Assembly (NCBI GenBank): GCA_963707215.1
Contig: CAVPPB010000003.1
Span: forward strand, 1,056,001-1,120,000
Direction of reading: 5' to 3'
Source: an uncultured Chloroflexia bacterium
Lineage (GTDB): Bacteria; Chloroflexota; Limnocylindria; Limnocylindrales; CSP1-4
DNA length: 64,000 bases
Shown here: piece after piece, positions 10,315 through 20,574 of the stretch
How positions within the stretch are numbered: position 1 is the stretch's first letter
How the letters are laid out: every line of letters begins with the position of its first letter
Notes under the pieces: model-generated
The model's input: only the letters and a program-made list of their open reading frames with translations
What the model was told of the DNA's origin: nothing
The model's database searches: none
Made by a program: the position numbers and the translations under genes

Positions 10315-12474
10315 TCAGGCGCCGGTGCCTCGTCCGCCGCCCGCCTCACGGCGGGCCTCGAGCTCGACGACCTTGTTCTGCGGGTAGGCGATCCGCTGGT
10401 GGTACATACCCAGGAGTTGCTGGACGAACGCTTCACGGATCCTGTCGAGGTCGCGGATCGAAAGGTCCGAATCGTCGAACTGGCCGTCCTCCAGCCGCTC
10501 GCTGATGATGCGGGTCACCATGGCCCGGATCGTCGCCTCGTCGCGCGACGACAGCGAGCGGACCGACGCCTCCACGGCATCGGCCAGCATCAGGATCGCG
10601 GCTTCCTTGCTCTGGGGCTTGGGGCCGACATGCCGGAAGCGCCGCTCCTCCACCGCCTCCGCGGCCTTCTTGCCGGCCTCGGTCTCCAGGCCGCCGTAGG
10701 GCTCCGCGGCCGCCTCACGGGCCTTCGACCAGAAGTAGCTGATCCGGCCGGTCCCGTGGTGCTGCGGGATGAAGGCGATGAGGCTCCGCGGCAGGCCGTA
10801 CTTGTAGGCGATGTCGATCCCGTCGGCCACGTGCTGCTTCAGCACCTGGGCCGATTCCTCGGGCTCCAGGGTGTCGTGGATGTTGTCGCCACCGGCCTGG
10901 TTCTCGATGAAGCCCAGGGGGTTCGCGAGCTTGCCGACGTCGTGGTAGTAGGCGGCTACCCGGGCCGTCAGCGGGTCGGCCCCGACCGCCTCGGCCGCTC
11001 GCTCGGCGAGGTTGCCGACCATCAGCGAGTGATGGTACGTACCGGGCGTCTCGACCAGCAGGCGTCGCAGCAGGGGCTGGGATGGATTCGCCAGCTCCTG
11101 GAGCTGGAACACCGTCACGATGCCGAACACGCTGCCGAGGACGGCGAACAGCCCGACGGTCGCGATCGCGGCCCCGCCCGCCGAGGCAGCTGCCGCGACG
11201 AGGAGCTGGAGGGTGCCCTGCAGGTCGAATTCGCCGAGGAGGGCGAAGGTGCCCACGGCAGCGGCCTGGGCGACCGCCACGGCGATCCCGGCCTGGAAGA
11301 AGACGTTGACCCGATCGCCTCGTCGGATAGCGATGATCCCGGCCAGACCGCCCAGGAAGACGTAGGCCGTGATCTCGAGCGAGCCGCCGTTGACGCTGCC
11401 GGCGAGGAGGGCAAGGATCGCCGTGACCATCGTCGCGGCCCAGGCGTCGAGCAGGATCGCGAGCAGCATGCCGGCCGCGGCCAGGGGCACGAAGTAGGGC
11501 AGGACGGACCGGCCCGCGGTCAGCTTCAGGGCCAGCGCCGAGAAGACGATGACCAGGGCGATGAGGATCAGCACGTTGCGTCGGTGCCAGAGCGCTGGCC
11601 GGAAACGCCAGAGCCAGATCAACAGCGGCACGACGAGGAGGGCCGCGAGGGCCACCCAACCGGCCAATCTGGCGAGGTCGGGGCGGGCCACGTCGAGCCC
11701 GAACTGCTCGATCTGCTCGACCGCCAGCGGCGTGACCAGCTCGCCGTCGGCGACGATGAGCTGGCCCCGCTGGACGTTGACGACGACGGGCGCGACCGCG
11801 GCGGCGGACTGGTCGCGCATCTCGTCGGTCAGCTCCTGGCTGTACGACGAGTTGGGAACGACGAGCGGCTCGATGGTCTCGGCCGCGAGGCCCCGCTCCT
11901 CGGGCGTAAGGGTCAGGGACATGCGGCTGGCCAGGCCGGACTTGACGAACGCGACGTCCGCATCGCGGAGCTCGGCCCGCAGGATCTGATCGAGGACCCG
12001 GGCGGCCTCGGTCCGGACGGCGTTCCAGCGCTCCTCGGTCAGGGCGGCGAGCGTCTCGGTGGACTCCGGCGAGAGGTCGTCGATCGCGTTCCTGAGGAGG
12101 AGGTCCTCCTCCTCGGGGGTCAGAGCGGCGGCGAAGGCCGCGTCCACCGCGGCCGTGCGCTCGTTGAAGGCCAGCAGCTGCTGCTCGGCGATCGCCGCAG
12201 CCTTCTCCGCCGTGTAGTCGTACTGCGGCCCGACGGCGGCCCGTGCGGCTTCGCGCGCGGCCTCGGTCTCCACCGCGCTCTCGTACTCGAGCGCGCGCGG
12301 CGCCCGGACGTCCTCGGCCGCCACGGCGCCGACCTCCAGGTTCACCTGGTTCGGGAGGACATCGATCGCGAGGATCGCCCCGAGGACACCGACCAGGATC
12401 AGCGAGGTGACGAGCAGCTGGACGAGGTCGGCCCGGGTGAAGGTCCGGACAGCATAGGTCCGCTGCGAGAGCAC
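10315..12474 (-). CDS. 7TM-HD (HDIG) phosphohydrolase, PgpH-like cyclic-di-AMP phosphodiesterase family
   Basis: Extracellular region, multi-TM block, then PGTYHHS, YYHDVGK, HHGT and MLADAVEA. Confidence 0.9.
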   Translation of the reverse strand: MLSQRTYAVRTFTRADLVQLLVTSLILVGVLGAILAIDVLPNQVNLEVGAVAAEDVRAPRALEYESAVETEAAREAARAAVGPQYDYTAEKAAAIAEQQLLAFNERTAAVDAAFAAALTPEEEDLLLRNAIDDLSPESTETLAALTEERWNAVRTEAARVLDQILRAELRDADVAFVKSGLASRMSLTLTPEERGLAAETIEPLVVPNSSYSQELTDEMRDQSAAAVAPVVVNVQRGQLIVADGELVTPLAVEQIEQFGLDVARPDLARLAGWVALAALLVVPLLIWLWRFRPALWHRRNVLILIALVIVFSALALKLTAGRSVLPYFVPLAAAGMLLAILLDAWAATMVTAILALLAGSVNGGSLEITAYVFLGGLAGIIAIRRGDRVNVFFQAGIAVAVAQAAAVGTFALLGEFDLQGTLQLLVAAAASAGGAAIATVGLFAVLGSVFGIVTVFQLQELANPSQPLLRRLLVETPGTYHHSLMVGNLAERAAEAVGADPLTARVAAYYHDVGKLANPLGFIENQAGGDNIHDTLEPEESAQVLKQHVADGIDIAYKYGLPRSLIAFIPQHHGTGRISYFWSKAREAAAEPYGGLETEAGKKAAEAVEERRFRHVGPKPQSKEAAILMLADAVEASVRSLSSRDEATIRAMVTRIISERLEDGQFDDSDLSIRDLDRIREAFVQQLLGMYHQRIAYPQNKVVELEARREAGGGRGTGA

Positions 12475-12480
12475 GACCGC

Positions 12481-12963
12481 CTAGCCCCCGTGACCCGGAT
12501 CGTGGGCTGCCAGGTCCGCCCGGGCCAGGGCCTGGGCGGCGAGCTCGCTGACGCGGCGCCCGTCGGCCCGGCCTCGCGTCCGCGGCGAGAGCCAGCCCAT
12601 GACCTTGCCCATGTCGCGTGCCGACGTGGCCCCGACCACCGAGACGGCCTGGTCGACGAGCGCACCGATCTCGTCGTCGGTCAGGGGGGCGGGCATGAAC
12701 TCGGCCAGGACGGCCACGGCGGCCTCCTCCGGCTTGGCGAGATCGGGCCGTCCGCCGGCCCGGAACGCCTCGATCGACTCACGGCGAGTCTTCAGCTCAC
12801 GCGCCAGCACGGCCAGCTGTTCGTCCTCGGAGAGGGGCCGGCGCTGGGCCTTCTCGGCGTTGTAGAGGGCGCTCTGCGCCATCCGCAGCACGTCGCGGCG
12901 CAGCACGTCACCGGACCGCATGGCGGCGGTGATCTCGGTCTGGATCCGCTCTTGAGGGGTCAC
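12481..12963 (-). CDS. GatB/YqeY-domain protein
   Basis: K.RRESIEAF...GR.DLA, DMGKVMG, GRADG; follows rpsU. Confidence 0.9.
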   Translation of the reverse strand: MTPQERIQTEITAAMRSGDVLRRDVLRMAQSALYNAEKAQRRPLSEDEQLAVLARELKTRRESIEAFRAGGRPDLAKPEEAAVAVLAEFMPAPLTDDEIGALVDQAVSVVGATSARDMGKVMGWLSPRTRGRADGRRVSELAAQALARADLAAHDPGHGG

Positions 12964-13027
12964 CGGACGGCTCCTCGGGTGGCTCGGTCGATCCTCGACG
13001 ATCGGTCCCGGCCGCCCGTGGTGCTGG

Positions 13028-13213
13028 TCAGCCCTGCGACTGTCGGGCGGCCTTCTTGCGCTTCGCTTCCTTGCGCTTGCGCTTCACGCTCGGCTTCTCG
13101 TAGTGCTCGCGGCGGCGAGCTTCTGCGAGGATGCCGCTCTGCTGGATCTTCTTGTTGAAGCGTCGCAGGGCGCTCTCGAAGGTCTCGTTCTCACCGACTC
13201 GGACTTCGGCCAA
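13028..13213 (-). CDS. rpsU: 30S ribosomal protein S21
   Basis: [10 protein letters not shown]...[17 protein letters not shown]; TTG start with GGAGGTGA RBS. Confidence 0.95.
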   Translation of the reverse strand: MAEVRVGENETFESALRRFNKKIQQSGILAEARRREHYEKPSVKRKRKEAKRKKAARQSQG

Positions 13214-13334
13214 TCCGGCGTCACCTCCCCGGGCCTGAGGTTCGTGGCGATGGTCGCCGCGCCCGGCCCAGGTGCGCGGTCCACGTCGTCGGGTGCCTCG
13301 GCACGAAGCGTGCCGGGGTCCGACGGCCCGGCGG

Positions 13335-13363
13335 AGCATAGCCCGAGCCCCCCGGTGGGTCAA
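13335..13363 (-). promoter_or_regulatory. Sigma70-type promoter of rpsU
   Basis: TTGACC-N17-TATGCT on the minus strand. Confidence 0.65.
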
Positions 13364-13551
13364 ACCCCCGGATGGCCCTTCCGACGGCTCCGGGACCGAT
13401 CCGGGGAGCCTGGGGCGCGAGCAACGACCGCGGCAGGGATTGCCGGGGGTCCGCTCATCGGCCACGATGCGCTCGGGGGTCGGCGCATCGGCGGGCGTCC
13501 GGGCGCAACGCCGGGCGACCGAAGGCGTCCACCTGTCAGAGGAGGTCGGTC

Positions 13552-15285
13552 ATGACGACGGGGAACGAGGGGCCCGACGCGATCACCAGCGACCCCCCGC
13601 CGGCTGGCGCCACGATCGTCGGCCACCAGCCGATCGCGGCACCCACCCGGACGCTCGTCGACCTGCTCGAGCGCGCCGCGGCGCGGTTCGGCGATCGGCC
13701 CGCCGTCAGCATGCAGGCCGACGACGGCACGATGATCCGCTGGAGCTACCGCGAGCTGGAGCGGCGCAGCCGTCTGGCCGCCTGGCGGCTGCGGGCGCGA
13801 GGCCTGGAGGCCGGCGACCGGCTCCTGACCTGGTCGCCGTCGGCGCCCGAGCTGGTCGCCGTCTATTTCGGGGCGATGCGGGCCGGGGTCATCCTCGTGC
13901 CCCTCGATCTCCGGATGGCCCCCGACGCCGCCCGACGGATCGCCGAGCGATCCGAGGCAGGCCAGCTGGTCCTGGGCACCGGACGCGACGCACCCGACCC
14001 GACCGGCTCCGGCCTCGAACGCCTGCCGACGACGACGACCGAGGCGCTCTGTGCGGATCCCGGGCCCGACGTCCCCCACGATTGGGCGGGCCAGCTGATG
14101 GCATGGCGGCGACCGACGCCCGACGACGTCTACCTGCTCGTCTACACCTCCGGCACGACCGGCACGCCCAAGGGCGTGATGCTCACCCACGCCAACACGG
14201 TGGCCGGGATCGACGGCTTCCACCACATCATCCCGGACATCGAGTACCGGATCGTGTCCCTGCTGCCGATGTCCCATCTCTTCGAGCAGGCCATCGGCCT
14301 CTACCTGACCCTCGACCTTGGGGCCGACATCCTTTACGTCCGCAGCCGCAACCCGAGGATCGTCACCGAGGCCATTCGGGCCCACCGAACGACCGGGATG
14401 GTCATGGTCCCCCAGTACCTCGACCTGTTCTGGACCGGCCTGGCCCGGGAGATCGAGCGGCGCGGGCACCGGGCCCTCTTCGACCGGGCTCGACGGGCCG
14501 CCCGCCGCCTGCCGCTGACCCTGCGTCGGCGGATCTTCGCCTTCGTCCGGGACCCGGTCCTGGGTCGCGACTTCGCGCTCTTCGTCTCGGCGGGCGCCTT
14601 CCTGCCGCCCGCCGTCCAGCAGGGCTGGGAGGACATCGGCATCGTGGTCCTCCAGGGCTACGGCTCGACCGAGACGGGCTCGGGCACCTGCACGACCTGG
14701 GACGACCATCCCGTCGGCACGGTCGGACGGCCCCTCCCGGGGGTGGAGATGCGGATCGCCGACGATGGCGAGGTCTCCTTCCGCGGCCCGACCGTGACCC
14801 GCGGCTACTGGGAGGACCCCGAGGCCACGGCCGCCGCCTTCACCGAGGACGGCTTCTACCGGACGGGCGACCTCGGTCACCTCGATCCGGGCGGCCGACT
14901 CGTGCTCCATGGCCGCAAGAAGGACATGATCGTCCTGCCGAACGGCCTCAACGTCTTCCCGGAGGACGTCGAGAACGCCCTGCGGGTGGCCGGGATCCGG
15001 GAATCGGTCGTGCTCGAGACGGAGCCGGGCCGGATCGAGGCGATCGTGCTCCGGGCCGGCGATCGTCCATCCGGCGGTGACGAGGCCGACGAAGCCGAGC
15101 GGCTCGGGGTGGACGCGGCCGTCAAGGCGGCCAACGCGGGCCTCGCGGTCCATGCCCGGGTCGCCGACTGGCGCTTCTGGTCCGACGACGACTTCCCGCG
15201 GACGCTGACGATGAAGGTCAAGCGCAACGAGGTCCGCGCAGCCGTCACCTCGACGGCCCCGCTCCAGGTCCGCGGGTCGGACTGA
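13552..15285 (+). CDS. AMP-binding long-chain fatty acid--CoA ligase
   Basis: YTSGTTGTPKG, GYGSTET, FYRTGDLG, GRKKDMIV; GAGGAGG RBS before ATG 13552. Confidence 0.92.
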   Translation: MTTGNEGPDAITSDPPPAGATIVGHQPIAAPTRTLVDLLERAAARFGDRPAVSMQADDGTMIRWSYRELERRSRLAAWRLRARGLEAGDRLLTWSPSAPELVAVYFGAMRAGVILVPLDLRMAPDAARRIAERSEAGQLVLGTGRDAPDPTGSGLERLPTTTTEALCADPGPDVPHDWAGQLMAWRRPTPDDVYLLVYTSGTTGTPKGVMLTHANTVAGIDGFHHIIPDIEYRIVSLLPMSHLFEQAIGLYLTLDLGADILYVRSRNPRIVTEAIRAHRTTGMVMVPQYLDLFWTGLAREIERRGHRALFDRARRAARRLPLTLRRRIFAFVRDPVLGRDFALFVSAGAFLPPAVQQGWEDIGIVVLQGYGSTETGSGTCTTWDDHPVGTVGRPLPGVEMRIADDGEVSFRGPTVTRGYWEDPEATAAAFTEDGFYRTGDLGHLDPGGRLVLHGRKKDMIVLPNGLNVFPEDVENALRVAGIRESVVLETEPGRIEAIVLRAGDRPSGGDEADEAERLGVDAAVKAANAGLAVHARVADWRFWSDDDFPRTLTMKVKRNEVRAAVTSTAPLQVRGSD

Positions 15286-15309
15286 CCCTGGTCGGGCGCC
15301 TCCCCCGGG

Positions 15310-15846
15310 TCAGGAGCTGACCGGCCAGCCGACCCCGAGCGTCTCGAGGGCCGCGGCGACCGCGGCCTCGCCATCGGGTTCGGTCGACCCACCCGGCGAC
15401 CACGCGTGGAAGACGAGGGCGGCCCCGGCCTGGCGGATCGTGAACAGCGAGTCGGTCGGGAACTGCACCCGGCCGATCCCGCTGGCCACGTACTCGGCCC
15501 ACTGGCTGCCGGCGGCCGAGGCGGCCGTCGCGTCGACGAACTCGTAGATGACGACGTAGCCGCCCGTGGGCGCCTTCGGCAGGACCGCCTGGAGGACGTG
15601 CCGGGGCGCCGCCGCCACGAGCGCCGATTCGCCGGGACGGTAGGCGACCTGGGCGTCCCGGACGACGATGGCCGCCTCGCCGAGCGCGGCGATGACGTCC
15701 GCCCGGGTCGCCTGGAGGGTCGGACTCAGGGACGCCTGGGCGACCGGCGGCGCCGGCGGGACGGTGTCGGTCACGGCACCGAGCCCACATCCGGCGACGA
15801 GCACCCCGAGGATGGCGACCCCGATGCCGGCACGCAGTCCCTTCAC
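15310..15846 (-). CDS. Putative lipoprotein
   Basis: Signal peptide with LVAGC lipobox; GTG overlaps the HIT stop (GTGA). Confidence 0.7.
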   Translation of the reverse strand: MKGLRAGIGVAILGVLVAGCGLGAVTDTVPPAPPVAQASLSPTLQATRADVIAALGEAAIVVRDAQVAYRPGESALVAAAPRHVLQAVLPKAPTGGYVVIYEFVDATAASAAGSQWAEYVASGIGRVQFPTDSLFTIRQAGAALVFHAWSPGGSTEPDGEAAVAAALETLGVGWPVSS

Positions 15847-16187
15847 CCGGGAGGCCAGTCGAAGGAGCGGCCGCCCATCAGGTGGAGGTGCAGATGGTCG
15901 ACGGTCTGGCCGCCCCACCGGCCGACGTTGGCGACGAGCCGGTAGCCGCGCTCGGCGATGCCCTCCCGTCGGGCCACGTCGGCGGCGACCGAGAAGAGCC
16001 GCCCGAGCAGTGGCCCGTCGGCATCGGTCAGGTCGAGGGCCGAGGCGACGTGCCGGCGGGGCAGCAGCAGGATGTGGGTCGGTGCCCGCGGGGCGATGTC
16101 GCGGATCGCGACGACGAGGTCGTCCGCGTGGATCATCGTCGACGGCACCTCGCCGGCGGCGATCTTGCAGAACAGGCAATCGCTCAT
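15843..16187 (-). CDS. Histidine triad (HIT/Hint) nucleotide-binding protein
   Basis: DCLFCKI, DIAPRAPTH, GQTVDHLHLHLMGGR. Confidence 0.95.
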   Translation of the reverse strand: MSDCLFCKIAAGEVPSTMIHADDLVVAIRDIAPRAPTHILLLPRRHVASALDLTDADGPLLGRLFSVAADVARREGIAERGYRLVANVGRWGGQTVDHLHLHLMGGRSFDWPPG

Positions 16188-17740
16188 GACGCCACTCCCT
16201 CGACGCTGCTGGACGATGGTGCCACGACGGCGGATCCGTCGAGCGGGAGCATCGGCAGCCCGGGTCGGATCGGGCGGCCATGCCCCACCTCGAGCGCTCG
16301 CCCGACGACCCGGCCGGGTACGCCCGTGTCGATGCCCTCCAGGCGGCATCGGACGATCGCGTTGCCGAGATCGCCGGCGTCGCTGCCGAAGAGGACGACC
16401 GCCTGGTGGTCCTCGGCATGGCCGATCCAACGGCCGTCGGCCAGGCGCCCCTCGACGAGGACCCGATCGATGGCGCCGACCCGGCTGGCAGCGCGCCGTG
16501 CGCCCAGCCCTGCCGCGAGGTCCAGGAGCCGGGCCGCCCGGGTCCGCCGGATCGACGCTGCGACCTGGCCCGCCATCCGGACCGCCGGGGTACCGGGCCG
16601 CTCCGAGTAGCGGAAGACGTGGAGACCGGCCGGGGCGAGGTCCTCGAGGAAGTCGATCGTCCGGTCGAACGCGGCGTCGTCCTCGGTCGGGAAGCCGGCG
16701 ATGACATCGGCGTGGACGGCGACCTCCGGCAGGACCTGGCGGGCCCGCTCGACGACCCGGGCATAGGCCGCGGTGTCGTAGCGGCGCCCCATCCGCCGCA
16801 GCACGCCGTCGTCACCCGACTGGAGCGGGACGTGAAGGTGGGGCATGCACCGGCCGACGCCGGCACCGGCCCAGGTCTCCAGCAGCGCCTCGTCGACGTG
16901 CTGCGGCTCGATCGAGGAGAGGCGGATCCGCTCGACGTCGGTCTCGTCAAGGATCCGCCGGACCAGGCCGGCCAGGGACAGGGCAGAGCGGACGTGCCGG
17001 CCGCGGAAGCCCCGCTCGGACCAGCCGCCGTCGTAGGTGCCGACGTTGATGCCGGTCAGGACGATCTCGCGGTGTCCGGCCGCGATGGCCCGGCGGACGT
17101 CGGCCAGGATCACCTCAGGTGGCAGCGACCGCTCGGGACCGCGGGCCCGCGGGATGATGCAGTAGGTGCAGTGGAAGGAGCAGCCGTCCTGGACCTTGAC
17201 GAAGGTCCGGGTCCGCTCAGCGATCGAGCGCCCGTCGGCGATCCCGTCGATGGGCGATGCCTCCACGCCCGACAGCGTGGGCAGAGGGCCGGCCGGACGG
17301 CCTGTGGCGTCGTCGATCCGATCGGCCAGGAGGTCGGCCAGCTCGGCCAGCAGATCCGCCTTGCCGTCGTTGTCGACGATGACCGCCCGGGGGTCGATGG
17401 CCGCGAACGTGGCCGGGTCGACCTGGATGGAGCAGCCCGTCACGATGAGGCGGGCGTCAGGAGACGACCGCCGGGCGCGCCGGACGGCCTGGCGGGACTT
17501 CTGATCGGCGACGCCGGTCACGGTGCAGGTGTTCACGAGGACGAGGTCGGCGGGGTCGGTGGCCGCGTCGACGAGGTGGACGCCGCCCGCCCGGAGCAGC
17601 CGGGCAGCGGCCTCGACCTCCGAGCGATTGACCTTGCAGCCGAGGTTCACGATGGCCGCGGTCCTCGGCACACCTGGCTCGACCCGGGCACCATCGCCCG
17701 TGCCACCCGTCGGCGTGAGGGCCTGGCCCGACCCCGTCAT
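16184..17740 (-). CDS. mtaB: tRNA methylthiotransferase MtaB-like radical SAM enzyme
   Basis: LGCKVN, NTCTVT, VTGC, KVQDGCSFHCTYCIIP, YSERPGT; usual position downstream of prmA. Confidence 0.88.
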   Translation of the reverse strand: MTGSGQALTPTGGTGDGARVEPGVPRTAAIVNLGCKVNRSEVEAAARLLRAGGVHLVDAATDPADLVLVNTCTVTGVADQKSRQAVRRARRSSPDARLIVTGCSIQVDPATFAAIDPRAVIVDNDGKADLLAELADLLADRIDDATGRPAGPLPTLSGVEASPIDGIADGRSIAERTRTFVKVQDGCSFHCTYCIIPRARGPERSLPPEVILADVRRAIAAGHREIVLTGINVGTYDGGWSERGFRGRHVRSALSLAGLVRRILDETDVERIRLSSIEPQHVDEALLETWAGAGVGRCMPHLHVPLQSGDDGVLRRMGRRYDTAAYARVVERARQVLPEVAVHADVIAGFPTEDDAAFDRTIDFLEDLAPAGLHVFRYSERPGTPAVRMAGQVAASIRRTRAARLLDLAAGLGARRAASRVGAIDRVLVEGRLADGRWIGHAEDHQAVVLFGSDAGDLGNAIVRCRLEGIDTGVPGRVVGRALEVGHGRPIRPGLPMLPLDGSAVVAPSSSSVEGVAS

Positions 17741-18216
17741 CACCAGAGCACCGGCTTCGACATCATCAGGAACGCGATCAGGCCGACCGCGGTCGTGATC
17801 CCGTAGGCGATGTAGCGCTGGCGGCGCGCGCCCTCGCGCCAGGCATCGCGGTCCTGGCCGGACGGGCCGGGACCGCGACCCAGCAGCGAGCGGAGGCTCG
17901 GTCGCTGGATGAAGAAGACCACCACGGCCGTGATCGCGTACGTCGCCAGCGACACGAGGAGCCACGGCTGCTCCAGGAGCTGCGGGCCGACCACGACGAG
18001 CATGCCGATCCCCGTGGCGGCCAGGCCGGCGCCGATGATGGCCGTGCCGTTCGCCTGCAGCCACAGCAGCCCGCGGACGAAGCGTCCCGGGGGGTTCTCG
18101 GTCCCCCGTCTCGAGCGGAGCGTGAACGGCAGCACGAGGCCCGGCACGAAGAGCGCGATGGCAAGACTGACGTGGGCGGCGAGGAGCACCGGGAAGAAGG
18201 CGATGAGGTTCGGCAT
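17740..18216 (-). CDS. 4-TM membrane protein (DUF2269-like)
   Basis: Four hydrophobic helices, N-terminal His, C-terminal LMMSKP. Confidence 0.65.
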   Translation of the reverse strand: MPNLIAFFPVLLAAHVSLAIALFVPGLVLPFTLRSRRGTENPPGRFVRGLLWLQANGTAIIGAGLAATGIGMLVVVGPQLLEQPWLLVSLATYAITAVVVFFIQRPSLRSLLGRGPGPSGQDRDAWREGARRQRYIAYGITTAVGLIAFLMMSKPVLW

Positions 18217-18291
18217 CGGAGCGTCAGCGAGCGCTCGGTGGGCCCGGCGGCGTACCGGGAGGTGCGGGATGGGTCGGGCTCGGGCCGGCGG

Positions 18292-19404
18292 TCATCCTAC
18301 CGCAGCTCGCCCACGACCCTCGGTCGGGCCCGACCCGACGGCCGAACGCCCGGTAGCTCGACCCGACGACCGGACGGCCTCGAGTGCCACCCAGTCGCCC
18401 TCCACCGACCGTCGGAGGACCCTGAGGCCCTGGGCCCCGAACGCCTCGCGGACCTCCGCCTCACGGTCGACGAAGATGCCCGAGGCCAGCAGGGATCCGC
18501 CCGGCACGACCTCCTCGACGAGCGCGGGGGCGAGGTCGACCAGGAGGCTGGCGATGAGGTTGGCCACGACCACGTCGAACGGCCCCGCGCCCGTCGGGAC
18601 GCTGCCGGGCAGGACCCGGATGCGCCGGGCCAGCCGATTCCGCCGGGCGTTCGCAGTGGTCGCCTCGACCGCGATCGGATCCGGGTCGACGCCGACGATC
18701 GCGCCCGCCCCGAGACGGGCGGCGGCGATGGCCAGGATCCCGGAGCCGCAGCCGACGTCAAGCACCCGGGCCGTGCCGTCGGCCGCCGAGCCGACGGCGA
18801 GGACCCCGCGGTCGGCGAGGTCCTCCAGGCCGGCCAGGCACAGCCGGGTCGTCGGATGGAGCCCCGTCCCGAAGGCCATCCCCGGGTCGAGCGCCAGGAC
18901 GACGTCGCCGGGCAGACGTCGATGACGGCGCCAGGTGGGCCGGATGACGAGCCGACGACCGACCCGCAGGACCGGGAAGTGGGCCTTCCACGCCTCGGCC
19001 CAGTCCTCCTCGTGGACGACCCGGGTCTCGAGCTCGCCGATCGGCCGCAGTCCGAAGGCCTGCAGGTGGCCCAGGGCGCCACGGGCGCCGTCCACGGCAA
19101 CCCTCGCGGCGCTGGCGCTCGTCGCCGGCAGGTACGCCCGGACGATCGACGGCCGGGACGGATCGAGCCGGGCCCCGAGTCCGTCGTCGACGAGCTCGAA
19201 CGCCGGCTCCACCGTCGTGCCGCCAGGCGCGTAGCGGGTCAGGATCTCGCTCACCGCTTCGACGGCCTCGGCATCGGCGGCCACCGCCAGCTCGAGCCAG
19301 GTCCCGGCCGCCGAGCGGCCGTCGTCGCCGGACGGCCGGGCGGTCGTGGCGCCCGCGTCGTTCGAAGCGCGCTCGGCGCCGGGAGTCGCCGGCCGATCAG
19401 CCAA
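18292..19404 (-). CDS. prmA: Ribosomal protein L11 methyltransferase
   Basis: [42 protein letters not shown]; start approximate (TTG overlapping the dnaJ stop). Confidence 0.93.
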   Translation of the reverse strand: MADRPATPGAERASNDAGATTARPSGDDGRSAAGTWLELAVAADAEAVEAVSEILTRYAPGGTTVEPAFELVDDGLGARLDPSRPSIVRAYLPATSASAARVAVDGARGALGHLQAFGLRPIGELETRVVHEEDWAEAWKAHFPVLRVGRRLVIRPTWRRHRRLPGDVVLALDPGMAFGTGLHPTTRLCLAGLEDLADRGVLAVGSAADGTARVLDVGCGSGILAIAAARLGAGAIVGVDPDPIAVEATTANARRNRLARRIRVLPGSVPTGAGPFDVVVANLIASLLVDLAPALVEEVVPGGSLLASGIFVDREAEVREAFGAQGLRVLRRSVEGDWVALEAVRSSGRATGRSAVGSGPTEGRGRAAVG

Positions 19405-20518
19405 GGGCGTCGCGGACCCGGTCCAGGATCCCGCCGCCGCCCCCGACCGTCTCGCCGGAGGCGGTCGCATAGGCTTCGAGCGCCTCGCGCTGGGCCTTGG
19501 TCAGCTTCGTCGGGACCGCGATGTCGACGAGCACGTGCAGGTCGCCCCGCACGGAGGCGCGCCGCAGGTGCGGGGCGCCCTTGCCGCGCAGGCGGATCTC
19601 GCTGCCCGGCTGGGTCCCGGGCTTGATCTCGACCTCCTCCTCGCCGTCCACGGTCGGGACCGCCAGGCGGACCCCGAGCGCCGCCTGGGCGATCGAGAGC
19701 TGCAGGTCGTAGTAGAGCTCGGTGCCCTCACGTCGCAGGGACGGATGGGGGGCGACGTGGACCGCCACATAGAGGCTCCCGGGAGGACCCCCGCGCGGCC
19801 CGACCTCGCCCTCGTTCGAGAGGCGGATCTGGTGGCCCTCGTCGATCCCGGCCGGGATGGCGACCCGCAGCGTCCGCCGGCGCTCGGTCCGCCCGTCGCC
19901 GCGACAGGTCTCGCAGGGCGTCTCGACGATCCGACCCTCGCCGCGACAGCGCGGGCAGGCCGTGACGTTGACCATCTGCCCGAGCATCGTCGAACGGACC
20001 TGGCGAAGCTCGCCGCGCCCGTTGCACTGCGGGCAGGTCGTGGGCTCGCTGCCGGGTGCGGCTCCCGATCCCGAGCAGGTCTCGCAGCGCCCCAGGACGG
20101 GGAACTCGATCTCCTTCTCGGTGCCCACGATGGCCTCCTCGAAGGTGATCCGCAGGTCGTAGCGAAGGTCCGACCCGGACGTGGGGCGCGTCCGCCGTCC
20201 GCCTGCGGCGGCGCCGCCGAAGAAGGCGTCGAAGATGTCCCCGAAGCCGCCGAAGCCGCCGAAGCCGAACTCGCCCTCGCCGACGCCGCCGCCCACCCCG
20301 GCCCGGCCGAACATGTCGTAGGCCTGACGGCGCTGGGGGTCCGAGAGGATCTGGTAGGCCTCGTTGACCTCCTTGAAGCGCTCGGCCGCCTCGGCGCTGG
20401 CGTTGACGTCCGGGTGCCACTGCTGGGCGAGCTTGCGGAAGGCGCGCTTGATCTCTGCGTCGGACGCACCGCGCTCGACGCCGAGGACCCGGTAGTAGTC
20501 CTGTTCGGTCGTGGCCAC
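19397..20518 (-). CDS. dnaJ: Chaperone DnaJ
   Basis: J-domain HPD, G/F-rich region, four CxxCxGxG repeats. Confidence 0.97.
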   Translation of the reverse strand: MATTEQDYYRVLGVERGASDAEIKRAFRKLAQQWHPDVNASAEAAERFKEVNEAYQILSDPQRRQAYDMFGRAGVGGGVGEGEFGFGGFGGFGDIFDAFFGGAAAGGRRTRPTSGSDLRYDLRITFEEAIVGTEKEIEFPVLGRCETCSGSGAAPGSEPTTCPQCNGRGELRQVRSTMLGQMVNVTACPRCRGEGRIVETPCETCRGDGRTERRRTLRVAIPAGIDEGHQIRLSNEGEVGPRGGPPGSLYVAVHVAPHPSLRREGTELYYDLQLSIAQAALGVRLAVPTVDGEEEVEIKPGTQPGSEIRLRGKGAPHLRRASVRGDLHVLVDIAVPTKLTKAQREALEAYATASGETVGGGGGILDRVRDALG

Positions 20519-20574
20519 GGCGGAAGTCTACGGGAGCGGCGCCGAGGAGGGCCGCCGCGGCTCGGGCGAGGGAC

